A stretch of DNA of 64,000 nt from Marsupella aquatica (Eukaryota; Plantae; Marchantiophyta). The position numbers were made by a program, and so were the translations under genes. Each line of letters begins with the position of its first letter. Position 1 is the stretch's first letter. Under the pieces are notes generated by a model. It worked only from the letters and a program-made list of their open reading frames with translations. It did no database searches and was not told where the DNA came from. The stretch is taken from contig OZ316891.1 in the NCBI GenBank assembly GCA_973895155.1, forward strand, positions 5,365,708 through 5,429,707, written 5' to 3'. Shown in pieces: positions 11,528 to 24,419 of the stretch.

Positions 11528-12960
11528 ATGCCTGGGAGGTGACGAGGTTTTTTCATGACGGTTTTCCAGCGTTCATTGTCGGTGTTGCATTTGGAGTTTC
11601 GTCGCATGAAACTCGAATGTGTGTGGATGAGTGGATAGATTAGTGAGAGGGCTTTCTATCGGTGTATAAAACTCACTGGTTGGTATCTGTGGTGTGGAGG
11701 AATCGGAGTTTGCATCGATCTGGAGTTTTTTTGTGTTTGACGGTATTTTTTTGGGGAGACCAGAGTTTGTGTTATTCAATGGTGTGAGTTGTGCGGTGCG
11801 GGAGACGCCACATGTTGTAGCTCGAGTTGAAGATTGAAGCAACCTGATCATTTTGGTAGCTGAGTTGCTGCCGAGTACTTACCAAGTGTGTCGTGACGAG
11901 TGAAAGAGGAGTTCAGGTTTTTTTCACAGGCTATGGAGTCTGTTCACATCTGAACTGGGTTTTCTCGTCGCCGCGACCAACTCGGAGGAAGAAATGCAAA
12001 GTGCTACGACTCAATGTTTTGATCGCAACTAGGCAATCATTTTGAGTCCGGGATTGGCACTTGACATGGAGTGAAGGCGACGTGATGGAAAGTTTTTTCT
12101 CTGTAGGAGCTGCAGACTGTGCCGGTGCAATTTGACAACTTTTTCCGTCAATGGCATTCACTTTTCTTGTGTAAAGCGACAACGGCGATTAGGTTTGTAA
12201 AAATGACCTCTTTTGGTGATTAATTTGGCATTTTTATTGGGTTACTATAGGGTGAATTTTTTCATGTGTATTTTTTGTGTGAATTTTTTTTTCCGCTCGC
12301 CCTTTGTTTGTCCTCCCGGCCGGCCCCTCCTTCCGGCTGTCATAAGGCTTGTACTCTCGAGGGTACTCGCGTACCCCCGACACGGCCCTGCCCCGACCTT
12401 GTACACCCAGCCTCCCTCCATATGCACCTGTATTTGGTTAAAGGGGCCTTTAGACCCCCTTTAGGGCCAATTTATTAATTCCTTTTCCGGCTCCTTATTG
12501 GTTATCCCTTGTGTCGGGACCTGCCGCCCCCGACTTTAACCGGCTGGATAGGGGAACGGCCCCCTGTGAGACCTGTCGGACTGTGTGGGAATAATCCCAA
12601 AAAACAAAGAGCTGTTTTTTGGCCGTCCGACAAAGATTCCGCGCGCCAAACGGTAACTTTTTTGGTTCTTTTTCGGCAAGGTCGTAGCCATTGAAGTTAG
12701 CAACCCTACGCCCTGATCAAATTGCAATTCTGACGACGGGTTGTCCTTGGCATTTCGGTTATTCCTTGAGGTGGTCAAAACGGGGGAGTTTCCCAAGGTT
12801 TTACCCACCCCGACCAAAATTTGAATAACTTTTCCGTCGAATTTTAATTTTAATTTTGGTTTTCAGTATTGGACTCCTAGCTTTGTGGGCTATGCGGCGG
12901 TGTTGAGTTTCGAGTTTTTTGAGAAGTTGTGAAAAACGACATTTTTTGTGATTTTCTCAT

Positions 12961-15900
12961 ATGAGTGATTCGGAGGAGTTTTTCGAAGACATGGAACTTG
13001 AAGCACGAGAATCACCATGGTGGTTTGAGGGGCAGAGAGAGGAGCAGGAGGAAGAGCACGTGACACCGGTACCATCACCGGTGCGGTGTGTGGTGGAGGA
13101 AGCAATACTACTACCGAAACTCACGGTAGTGCCAAAGAAGAAGATGGGGACTTTCAAGCTTGAGGGACCCAAGTATGAAGTGACAAAGTATGATGGGCGC
13201 TCTAACTACTTACTATGGGAGAAGCAGGTGAAGGGAGTGCTCTATGCGTCAGGGATGGGCCAATTGCTGAGCCCTCGTGAAGACGATGTTAATGAGAAAC
13301 AATGGAACCGCATGCAGGAGCAGGGAGTGTGGTGTGTTACACTCTATCTCATGCCTCCCATCATCAAGCAGTTGGGTGCACATAAGGACTGCATGGTTGC
13401 AGAGCAAGTATCGCCGCAAGGAAATGTTGAACCGGCTCTATACTTCCTACAAACTTATGAGTTTCAAGATGAAGGAATTCGGTACAAAATTGCAGGACCA
13501 TGTGGATGCTTTCAACGACATGGTCGTTGACTTGGAAAACCTTGGGGAGACTTTGAATGATGAGATGAAGGCTCTACAGCTTCTCAGTTCATTGCCTCCA
13601 TCTTACCAGTCCCTATCATGGGTGTTGTTGCATCGTGATAGGGATACCATTTCATACAATGATGTGGTAAGTTCTCTGCTAAGTGATGATCTTCAACAGA
13701 AGATGCACATCATGTCACAGCCTTCATCCTCTGGTGTTGCCCTCAATGTTAACCGTGGGAGGAGTATGCAACGACCAACTGGGGACCGTAGAACCCAGTT
13801 TAGATCTAAATCCAGATCTAAGTCCAGGGGTAAATCTCCTCAAAGGAGGCAAGTGACATGTTGGAAGTACAACCAGGTTGGACACTTCAAGCGAGACTGT
13901 AAGGGTAAGACAACTGAATCTTCATCGGCAAATGTGGCTAGGGCTTATGGAGATGCTGATTTACTCAATGATGAGTATGTATTATGAAGCCAAGGGTATG
14001 CCCTGTGCACATCATCTCGGAGAGCAGATGATGTGTGGATTCTTGATTGTGCTTGCTCTTTTCACATTTGTTACATTCGAGAGTTTTTCAGTTCTTACTT
14101 TGTTTCAAACGGTTCAGTTTTGATGAGAAATGATCACTCCTGTCAAATTGAGGGTATTGGGTCTGTGAAGATTCAAATGTTTGATGGCACTGTGCGCACA
14201 GTGTCCGGAGTCAGGTATGTACTTGGCATGCGTAAGAATCTAATTTCACTCGGTGTGTTGGATTCAAATGGTCATCAATGGAGCGTTGTTGATGGTGAAC
14301 TTCAAGTCAGATCGGAAGAAACAATGATTTTGAAGGGGAGCAAACAGAAGAATTTGTATGTGTTGCAGGGCAATACTGTATGTGGAGAGGCGAATGTAAC
14401 CAAGTCTCACACGGAGATGACTCAACTATGGCATTCACGGCTAGGCCACATAAGTGAGAAGGGTTTGGCTATCTTACGGAAGAATGGACTCATTTTTGAT
14501 TTGTAATCTTATAAATTAGAGTTCTGTGAGCATTGCATTCTTGGAAAGCAGCATCGTCATGCTTTTGATGTTGGAACTCATCGTTCCAAGGCGGTTCTTG
14601 AGTATATACATAGTGACGTGTGGGGTCCATCCCCGACTCCCTCACATTCTGGAAAGTTGTACTATATATCATTTATTGACGATTACTCAAGATTTGTGTG
14701 TATTTATTTCATGACGCATAAGTCTGATGTCTTGTCCATTTTTAAGAAGTGGAAGGCCTAGGTGGAGAATTAGACTGGAAAGATGGTCAAGTGTTTGGAT
14801 ACAAGGGTGAAGAGTCTGAGGTCAGACAACGGCAAGGAGTACACTTCAGTGGAATTTGAAGAGTACTGTTCAGAACAGGGGATAATTTGTCATCTCACCA
14901 TAGTTTATATTTCGCAGCAGAATGGTGTCGCTAAGAGGCTCAATCGGACACCGTACTATTGGAGCAATCACAGAGTATGTTGAGCCAATCAGGTTTACCA
15001 CAGGAATTTTAGGTAGAAGCTGTCAATACCGCAGCTTATTTGGTAAATCTTTCTCCTTCTAGTGCTATCAATTTCAAAATGCCGTTTGAGATGCGCCAAA
15101 GGAACCAGAGGAGTTTGTTGATGTTGATGAGCAGCAAGTGGATGCTGCTGAGCTTCAAATTGTACCAGCACATGCAGATCAACCAGAGTCATCGGCTAGA
15201 AGAGCATCTGGTTGCACTGTACGCGCTCCACCAAGGTATGGACAGTGGGTTGATTCATCTCAGTTGCAAGAGGAGGATTTTGTTACTGACGATGAGTGTG
15301 ATGCGTTGATTTTGGAAGAAGGGGAACCTTCTTCATTTCATGAAGCAAGTGCTTCAAAGGAGAAGCAGGAGTGGACTGCAGCAATGCAAACGGAGATGCA
15401 GTCACTGAAGGACAACAAAACTTGAGAGCTTGTCAAGCTACCTGAGGGACAACAAGTGGTGGACAGCAAGTGGATATACAAGCTGAAGGATCAGTCCACG
15501 GGAGGTGGATTGAAGGTCTACAAGGCTAGATTGGTAGCCAAGGGATTCACACAGGGAAAATGTGTGGAGTACAATGAGGTCTTCTCACCAGTTGCTAAGT
15601 ACTCAACAATACGGCTATTGTGTGTGCTTGTTGTTATGTTTGGTCTTCTGCTAGATCAGATGGATGTTGTTACAGCTTTCCTCTATGGCACCTTGGAAGA
15701 GGTGATCTTCATGAGACAGCCGCTAGGTTTTGTGAAGAAAGGGCAAGAGGATTTGGTTTGCAGATTGCTGAGATCCTTGTACGTGTTGAAGCAGTCACCA
15801 AGACAGTGGAATAAGCAGTTTGATGATTGGATTCGTGCACAAGGCTTTCACAGGAGTGTGTTTGACCCATGTGTGTCCTTAAACCGGTGAAGAATGTTAT

Positions 15901-16909
15901 TTTTGGGTTCATTGTTTTAGTACTTTATGTGGATGACATGCTTATTGCGGCCAAGGATAGGTTTGAGATTGTTAAGCTCAAGGCACTGCTAAGTGTAGAG
16001 TTTAGGATAAAGGACTTAGGGCCTGCTAAGAGAATTTTGGGTATGGAGATCACTAGGGACTTGGAGGCTGGCAAGCTATGGTTGACGCAGAGCAGTTATG
16101 CTAGGAAGGTAATTGCAAGGTTCAACATGGGGGATAGCAAGCCAGTGAGTACCCCGTTGGCTCCACACTTCAAGTTGTCATCAGCTTTCTGTCCTACGGA
16201 TGACACTGAGAAGGGGTTGATGTCAAAGGTTCCGTATGACAAGGCAGTGGGGAGTCTCATGTATTTGATGACTTGCACTAGACCTGATTTTGCCATGGTT
16301 ATGGGCAAGGTGAGTAGGTACATGTCAAATCCAGGGAAGGTACACTGGGAAGTAGTGAAGTGGATTATTTGGTATTTGAAGGGTACCGTGGATCATGGTC
16401 TACTGTTTGATGCACATGCTGATAATGCTAGATCATTGATGGGCTATGTAGATGCTGACTATGCACAGGATCTGGATCGGAGAAGGTCAACAACAGGTTA
16501 TGTATTCACACTAGGAGGTGGATGCATAAGTTGGAGGTCTACTTTGCAAAAGTGTATTGCTCAGTCTACTACAGAAGCGGAGTATGTTGCAACAGCGGAA
16601 GCAGCAAAGGAAGCGATTTGGTTGGACAGACTTATCACTAAGATGAGATTGCCACAAGGGAATGTGAAGCTCCATTGCGATAGTCAGAGTGCACTCCACC
16701 TTGCTATGAACCACGTGATGGACAACAGAGTGAAGCACATCGACGTTAGGTACCATTTTATCAGGCAAGTTGTGTCTGATAATATGTTTGAGCTAGTCAA
16801 GATTGACGGTAAACTCAACCCGGCTGACGCTTTTACCAAAGTGATTCCTTTGGAGAGCTTTTCTAGACACCGTGATGCGTTGCAGGTTTTGCAATTGCCT
16901 CACAATTAG
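12961..16909 (+). pseudogene. gag-pol of copia 1 (gag, zinc knuckle, PR, INT, RT, RNaseH), disrupted
   Basis: KYDGRSNYLLW, CWKYNQVGHFKRDC, WILDCACSFH, WHSRLGH, SDNGKEY, YKARLVAKGF, YVDDML, DADYAQDLDRRRSTTG, KHIDVRYHF; several stops and frameshifts. Confidence 0.95.
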
Positions 16910-17100
16910 GGTTACTTAACATTTGTGTAGATATTGAGATATGCTCTTGCTCATTCCTTGTACAGGCTACGGCTTAGTTCTGGTCTACTCTCGTATAAAG
17001 AGGGAAAAACCGGTTTGGTTTTTCTTTCCAGAACTTCCCGCTGAGCAATCATATTGGTAGCAATTTTTACCCTCCCCTAGACCAGAGTCAAGGGGGAGAT

Positions 17101-17448
17101 TGTTAGGATTTACTCTTAGGTCTAGAGTTACAACTGTACCATAGTTAAGGCTAACCTTAGTCGCAGACTTGGTTAGGTTAGTCATGCTGTGCACACTCTA
17201 TAACCAAGCGGTGTTTGCTTGGAGAGGGGGAACTCACGCTTATTGTTACGGAGCTAATTGAGAGATAGGAGAGCTTGCGCTGTGGATGCTTGGTATGGCC
17301 GATCGACCTAGAGTGCAGTAAAGCTCGTGTGTGTTCCTGTGGGCGTAGCCTCATGAGAAGGTGAACGTACCACGTATCTCTCTGTGTCGACTATTGTGCG
17401 TTAGATGGTTCATGGGCTTGTCGTTGCGATTGTCGTCTATGCTCAACA
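17101..17448 (+). repeat. 3' LTR of copia 1
   Basis: Follows the PPT; ends in ctcaaca, then the TSD caaat. Confidence 0.95.
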
Positions 17449-18833
17449 CAAATATCAATAAGTTTGTGTTTTATCCACTAAGTTACAATCATTCATACGG
17501 GCATTCATAGATTTGCAACTTTCTAAAATAAACATGGTTTGATTGCTATCATTCTTTGTAATGCAAAAAACAATATAATATTGCACATTACAATCCTCCC
17601 TGGAATCCATTTTCAATCTTGGGTACTTCAAGTACATTGTTGGGGGTGACATTCCAGTTTCAGAAAATTATCTTACCTATGTGATTGCATTTGATCCATG
17701 AGTACAATTGGGAGGTAAACATCAGCAGTCTATGGGACTCATGGTCAGCTTAAAAATGAGTCCAAACATCAATAGGTTTAGATTTTTATTCACTAAATTA
17801 CAACCGTTCCTAGGTTTGCAATTTTCTATAAACATGATGTTTCATAAATTAATCCTTGTAATACAAACATCTGCACAACTCCATGGCACTCAAGGTATAG
17901 GTATTACTAGTACTGGTATCATTGTTTACTTTCAGATGAAACATTTAGAGGGAGCCAAGCTTACTCAATCTAATGCTCTTAGCAATACTTGTATCACTAT
18001 TTGCCTTCAAATACAATTTACTCTTTTCTGTCTAATATTGCTCATTGCTCAATTTGTATTGATTCTTGAAAACAAGAATGGTATTCACCCTTTTTGCCAG
18101 TGGTCTGACATCGTGTTAGAGGAGAAAACACTCAATGCATGCTCTTTGATCGAGATACTTAGGGCTGTGTTCCATTCGCCCCCCTTTCAGGTCTACCCCC
18201 TTTTCGCACCCCCCTCCAAGATTTTTGGAGCCAATCACGGGCGTCTAGGGTTTTGGGGGTCACCCTCCAATAAGTGCCGCAACGGGAAGGCAGCCCGAGC
18301 CTTCCGGTTCGCAATTCCACCCCCATTTGACCGATACAAGCGGTTACATGAAGAAGCTCACCTGCACTAGCCGGTTTCATCGTTGTCTCTTTGACGGCAA
18401 ATGACTTGTCCCTTTCTCGTTCTTCATCATCTCATGCCAACTCTATTTTCTTGTGGCGCCCATGAGATCTCTTGTTTCTTGTGGCGCCCATGAGATCTCT
18501 CGATGCCGATTCAAGAATGACAATAAATTTAGACATAATGGAGTTTCGGTTGCAAGCCACATCGACATATTTTGAGTATTATTATGAGTTGGAATCATTA
18601 CTCTCAACAGGTGACTCTGCTGCAGTTTTCTGGATAGGAGTTGTCAATGCGATTGATTTTGCATTTGCGTTGCTCTACAACTTCCAATGCAATTATCTGT
18701 AAGCGACTTTGGAATTTGAGCTCATTTTTGATCCGCATTTTTGTGTTGTGCATTGACTCACAGAACAATGGGCGCATCATCTCCCGCAAACTCAACAACT
18801 TCCTAGGCCATCGATAGTGAATTTTCTTCACCA

Positions 18834-20514
18834 ATGTCAGGGGTCGGCAGTACCCCTCAGACTGACTTTGTTACACCACCAGCAACCATTCGAGGCGTTT
18901 CTGCCCCTGAGTCACAAGCAACTTCAGTGGAGATTCCAGCGCAGCTACGCACTCCCTGGGCCCCCAACCTTTGTAAACTAAAGAGGTATACGTGCGTACA
19001 CCCCCCTCCCTAGTACCCCTTATTATTTTTGGAAGCCTATAAAAATTTCTCTTGTTATTCTTAAAAACTTAATTTTGGAGAATAAATCTGCCCCTTTGAG
19101 ATATTATAATTTCACATTTTACACCATTTATGAAAGCCTTGAAAAGTTATAAATTTATCATGTGCAAACGGTTCTAAAACTGATGGGAGTGTTTTGGAAG
19201 GGTTTTGGGTACATACATTTTTGTGTTCATGACCCTTTAACCCCAAACTTCAACTTTGGGGCATTTTTGAACCACATGGCAGGGTAGTTAGGGTTCAAAA
19301 GCTCCAAAGTCCTAAACTACTCTGAATCATAGATGTTGCAAGCATAATTATATGTCATATACACATGTTCCAATAAAGGGTGACCACAAGGACCAATCCT
19401 ATTGTGACGCGTGTCACATCCATATTACATCACCTCTTGAAGCATATTAATTTGGGTGACATTTATATAAGCCTATATTAGTTAGAAAGGGTTCTTTGAA
19501 TAAAACCATCCCTTGATATTTCTAAGCCAATTATAAAAATTAATCTCAAATCAGATTTTTTGCACCCTTCATCCGTTCGCACGTCCAACCCATTATTAAT
19601 AATGCTGGGGGCCCAGGGTACGCACTTCTGCTGGTGAGCCGGCACAATCACAAAGATGGAAAATGGCTGAATTGAGGTTGCTGATTTCTGTGAAGAAGGA
19701 CGAGTTTGAACGGAGCATTCACGACACACCTCGTGATAGGATCAAAAGTGCAGACGCTCGGTGGAAGGAGGTAGCTACAAGCCTGCTAAAGTATGGTTTC
19801 AATAGGAAGCAGGCTTTAATTCGCAAGAAATGGGAGAAGATGATGACGGATTTCAAGAAAATTTTTGATTACCAGAAGAGGCCTCCCTCAGGACAGCTTG
19901 GCTATTTCGAGATGGGTTCTGAAGATAGGAAGCGTTTCAAGCTCCCTCCGCAGTACGATAATGAAATTTATAAACTGATGGAGAGTTGGGTCCCTGGTAG
20001 GCGAGCTATTAATCCAGATCCTGAGCAGCTCATGGACAGTTCAGTTGACGGAGGGGTTGGGCAGCTGTCTGCAACTTCAGGAGGAATTCATGGTGAGGGA
20101 TGTGAGCCAGAAGCGGGTGAAGTAGAGCACACAGCACCAGCAAGTGAGGGGGTTCAACTACCCAGTGGAGAGGAGAACTCTGAGTCTAATCGAGTCCCAA
20201 ATCACCCTGCTGCACAGGGCCGTTTGCTGAAAAAATCTAAGAGAGATAGGCTTGATGATCACTTTAAGACCGCCAACGCAGAGATGGTAACAGCATTGGC
20301 ATCACAGGCAGCAAAGCGAGAATTGACTGATAAGGCATTCTTGGACTGGGACAAAGAGAAGCATAAAGACCTTGCCCAGAGTGACTTGAAGAAGCACAAG
20401 GAGAGTGTCACCATGCAAGAAAAAATGTCTGGCAAAATTTCTGGTGCTCTGCGTGATGTTTCTACCTCATTCAAGTTCTTTGCCAATGAAATGAGCAAGC
20501 GGATGCAACGGTAA
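18834..20514 (+). pseudogene. Harbinger Myb/SANT-like (trihelix) DNA-binding protein, split by a MITE
   Basis: RWKMAELRLLI...RWKEVA...RKKWEKMMTDFKKI; removing 18954-19626 joins MSGVGST...QLRT in frame to SAGEPAQSQRW. Confidence 0.85.
18954..19618. mobile_element. 665-bp MITE, copy A
   Basis: TIR ccctgggccccca(a/g)c; 8-bp TSD TACGCACT; near-identical to 56222-56886. Confidence 0.95.
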
Positions 20515-22974
20515 ATTGATAAGATCTAGTGGGAGTAGAGGCGGAGGAGTTTTGCTGAAGTGGTAGCACGCTGTACCGATGCACCTTTTTCCTTAAGCGG
20601 GAGCATTTTGAAGCATTGTTCACTTGTTTAACTCAAATTCAGTTTATCACTTGCCTTTGCTCGTAATGATGGCAACTGGTCACGAATGTAGTCCTTTGTT
20701 TTGATGTGCTTTGGTGTCTGCATAGTTGACTACCCTATAGGGGGTACTATGGGATTTGTGGGCACACCTCTTCTTCCTCAGGTGGGGTACTCCTTAATCG
20801 CAATCAGGGTGTGGTCTCTGTGTGACTGAGCAATTGGGTGCAATTGACCGCGGTTGAAACAACGATGATGGTCGCTTATGACAATCACTAATTTGTAACT
20901 TGTAAGAAATCAATTTCATGAATGTTGTTCTTCCTCGAGAGGGATTTTAATTAGCTCTTCGCATTTGGCGCATTTTTTTGTGTATGTACGATATCCAATT
21001 TAGGCATTCTGAACTCCGGTCGTTGTGACTTTGTTGTATGAACAAAATAATGGCCAAGTGCAGGGGTGAATTCTTGCTAGACGGACCTTTTTCACCTGCT
21101 AAATCCTCAACCAGCCAGATCATTGCTCAATTTTGCTGAAACATTCTGCTGGGTCCACTTCCGTGATGAAACGATCTGGCGAGACTATAGGGGGCACAGT
21201 ACTTGTTTGTGCTTTGAATGGCGAACAAAGATAAATTTGCTGAAACGGAGTACCAACAGCAAGTAGTGAGCAAGAGCAGCATCGGTGCCACAATATTATT
21301 AATTAAGAGACGTGAGTGATCCTGAGGTCATGCCTTTTCTTCTCTGTTTTTGGTTCAAGATGGCGGCTAAATGAGTTCAAGGAGCCAAAATTTCATACAG
21401 ATTTCTTTCTTGCCTCATGTTTTCGCTTAGAGAAGGTGATCGACTATGAGAAGTTGAGTAGCAATCTGCATCAAGGTTTTTGTTTACTCTTGTTTCTACT
21501 GTTACATGGAAGCTATGAGAGTTTAGAGAGTTGGAGTCAATTTATAGTCTGTTGATGGATCGAGTTTTATCCGGGACCTTACAACAGGAACAGCCAATGA
21601 GTGAAATAAAGTGTCGCTCTCTGCTAAAGATAACTGTCGATCACCTGCTCAGGGGCCAATTTCACCTACAGCTCAATGATTTAATGAGCTCCCCCTATTT
21701 GGACCTTAACACTCTAGAAAGATGAAAATGGGGCATGAGGAGTCCTGGCAATAATTGAAAGCTAGCTAGGCGAAACAATCTCCCCTTCTGCCTGCCTTGC
21801 GTAGACAATTTTCCAGAACCAATATTTAACTACTACATCTTGTTAAATTTAATTGCATTCAGAAGACAATCTATCCAACCACAATGATTCTCCAACCTGC
21901 AAACCAAACGCAAAGACGGGCGCAAAGACCGCAAGCAAAGTGGATAAGCAGTGAAGCACTACAGACAGTGCAGTACTAGTTAAAAAGAACAACATTAAAT
22001 TGTTTTCAATCATAGGAAATTTGGAAGTCAATAGTAAAAATTATGGTTAAATATCTCCATGCTCGCCATTTTTACCCAAAGAGACTAGAATCTACAACCC
22101 ATATACCCAAAACATCAGGCAACAGCCCTTCCGAGCGTTCACAGCATGTGTAGGAGGTGACTGCATCAATAGCTGAGCTAAGTTCACTTTTATCCAAACC
22201 TACACAACAGGAACAGCCAATAAAAAGTGACCAATTTTGCTGGCCCTAGTTTTGTCATATGATGATTCCTTGACGGAATTTCAAAATAGGACAAAAAAAT
22301 AACACATGATCTCTAAGAACATGGAAGATTCACAGGGACCAACTTTATGAAAAGTCATAGTGGGAATCCAAGTTGAGTTGAGGAACGAGTTCCAAAGCAC
22401 ACAAGTAGGCAGACTTCGCTCTTACCATTGACATGACCTCAATAGGCTGGAATCAATCACAAAGCAGGGGATTGTTTGACCGTGAACAGGGCAGCCAAGG
22501 GATCAAACATTCCTCAAAAAGAGAAAGTGCAGATCAGGGTAGGGCTATTGCACAGGAGAAGCTACAGGATGTAAACTGTAAATCAATCGAGTCAACCATA
22601 GAAGCACAACACACACATAGAATCAAATGTTTTAAAAAACAATGATGATTACATCTCCGAATGACAGAAGTTGCATTCTTAGATCATGTGTACCTAGATG
22701 CCTTTTCAATTATCTTTGGTGGATCCCACTGGGCATTAAGTTTCCTCAACAAAGATTCTTTCTATTTCATGCACTCTCCTTTCATTTGTGGATCCCACTT
22801 GTGAATTGTACTCTACAAATACTGAGCCCCAAAACTACTTTTTAAGAAACAATAGGACAAACATCACTTAATATGACATAAAACAAAGATTCCAGTGATC
22901 TTCTTTGTAGCTTTATGGGGACTAGCTGTAATCAAACGGAGGGAATTGTTTTTTCTGTGGAAACCTAGACATGA

Positions 22975-24419
22975 TCATTGTTCCATCCTTAGCCTCCGCT
23001 GCACCTGCCTTGGGACTTCTGTCACTGGAACCACTTCATCCAACAACAGATCCCGAGCCTCCTCTCCACCATCAAATACCTCCCGGGCTGGCACTTGCAC
23101 AGGGCCATAGCCACGTGGGTGAGCAGGCACCGCATCGTGTGGATTGAAGTGCTCTCCAAAACGAATCATTAAATTGTGTAGGATACAGCAACAGTAAACC
23201 ATAGGGCCAACTCTATTCACTTTGGGCTTCCACATTATTCTAGAGAGAATTCTCCAGGAACCTTTCAGTTGACCAAATGCTCTCTCCACCACAATGCGGG
23301 CTGACAAGTGCAGGTGGTTCCATTCATCTCGACGCTCACCCAAGCCCCTAGGATAGGGGGTTATCAACCAATCAAACAATGGATACCCTGCATCAGCCAG
23401 AATATACTCTTTCAAATCCTCCCCGTTTGTGCACCTGTGAAGTGGCCCTCTCAAGTGGCGATGTTGGTAGACAACTGAGCTATAAAATCCAGAGTTTCTG
23501 AGCAGTCTACTATCCTGAACTGAACCTGGCCAACCTGTACACACGTCAATGAATTTCAACTTGCAATCAACAATTGCTTGTGTGGTAATTGAGATATTAT
23601 GTTTCCAATCGTAGTAATCTTCACTACGCTCTCCGAGAGGCAGCTCCAGGGGGAAATGTGTACCATCTAATGCTCCGCAACAATTGGGGAATCCTTTCTG
23701 TAAAAATCCTGCCTTCAACTCCTCTATTTCAGCACCTGCAGGCCATCTAATTTCCTGGCTACACTGATCATTGATGGCCTTGATAAATTTCCACGTCGAT
23801 TTGATCACAGTGCTAGTTGAGACCCCAAAAAGTTCACCAATGCCAAGAATCTGATCACCTGTGCTCAGCCTCCTTAGAGCTATTGCCACCTGCCGTTGTA
23901 CCAATAATTCACGATTTGGCAGGTCTCTCAATCCACGGGGAGGCCTGGTCACCATGTCAGGATACACCATTTCACAAATTTGATGGAAGGATGTAGGGCT
24001 CATTCTAAAGAACTGCTTGAATCTTTCGGGATCATCTGTCGGAATGAATTCACTGAACAAATTAAACCAAGCAACTGTCCTTGGTTTAATGTACCATCTA
24101 GTGAAGATCTCTCTATGGAAAGCTAAGTAGCTTTTAAGCATGTTGAGGCAGTGCCAATGGATTATAAAATCATCCCCATCCTCCCTCTTTTTTTTTTTGA
24201 ATATGTCAAAACCTGCTCGGAAATCCTTTCTGTCCCCGGTCCATGTGGTTGGTTCAGCCATAACTGAATCAATGTAGACACCATTGCAACAATCATGGCC
24301 ATTGTAGTCGCAGCGAAGGCAGCAATATATTCAAAATTGCAACCCTGCCTAAATATTCCCTCATCTGACATGCTTGAATCGTCATTGAAATCCATATCTG
24401 AAGATTCATCAGTGTCCAT
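22975..24419 (-). CDS. Harbinger (HARBI1-like, DDE_Tnp_4) transposase; probable frameshift at the T11 run 24188-24198
   Basis: FKQFFRMS, GALDGTH, GWPGSVQD, LADAGYP, ARIVVERAFGQLK motifs in ORF 22975-24261; an acidic N-terminal ORF (24162-24419) overlaps it in another frame. Confidence 0.9.

Larger units (their letters stand above)
11169..17448 (+). mobile_element. Full-length, decayed Ty1/copia LTR retrotransposon (Tnt1/Tork-like), element 1
   Basis: LTRs 11169-11513 and 17101-17448 (TG...CA); TSD CAAAT; PBS tggtatcagagc at 11516; PPT agggggagat at 17091. Confidence 0.97.

Noticed and set aside
17708-18370. 220-aa ORF
   Set aside because: It spans the flank/Harbinger junction, is not preserved in the paralogous flank and has no motifs.
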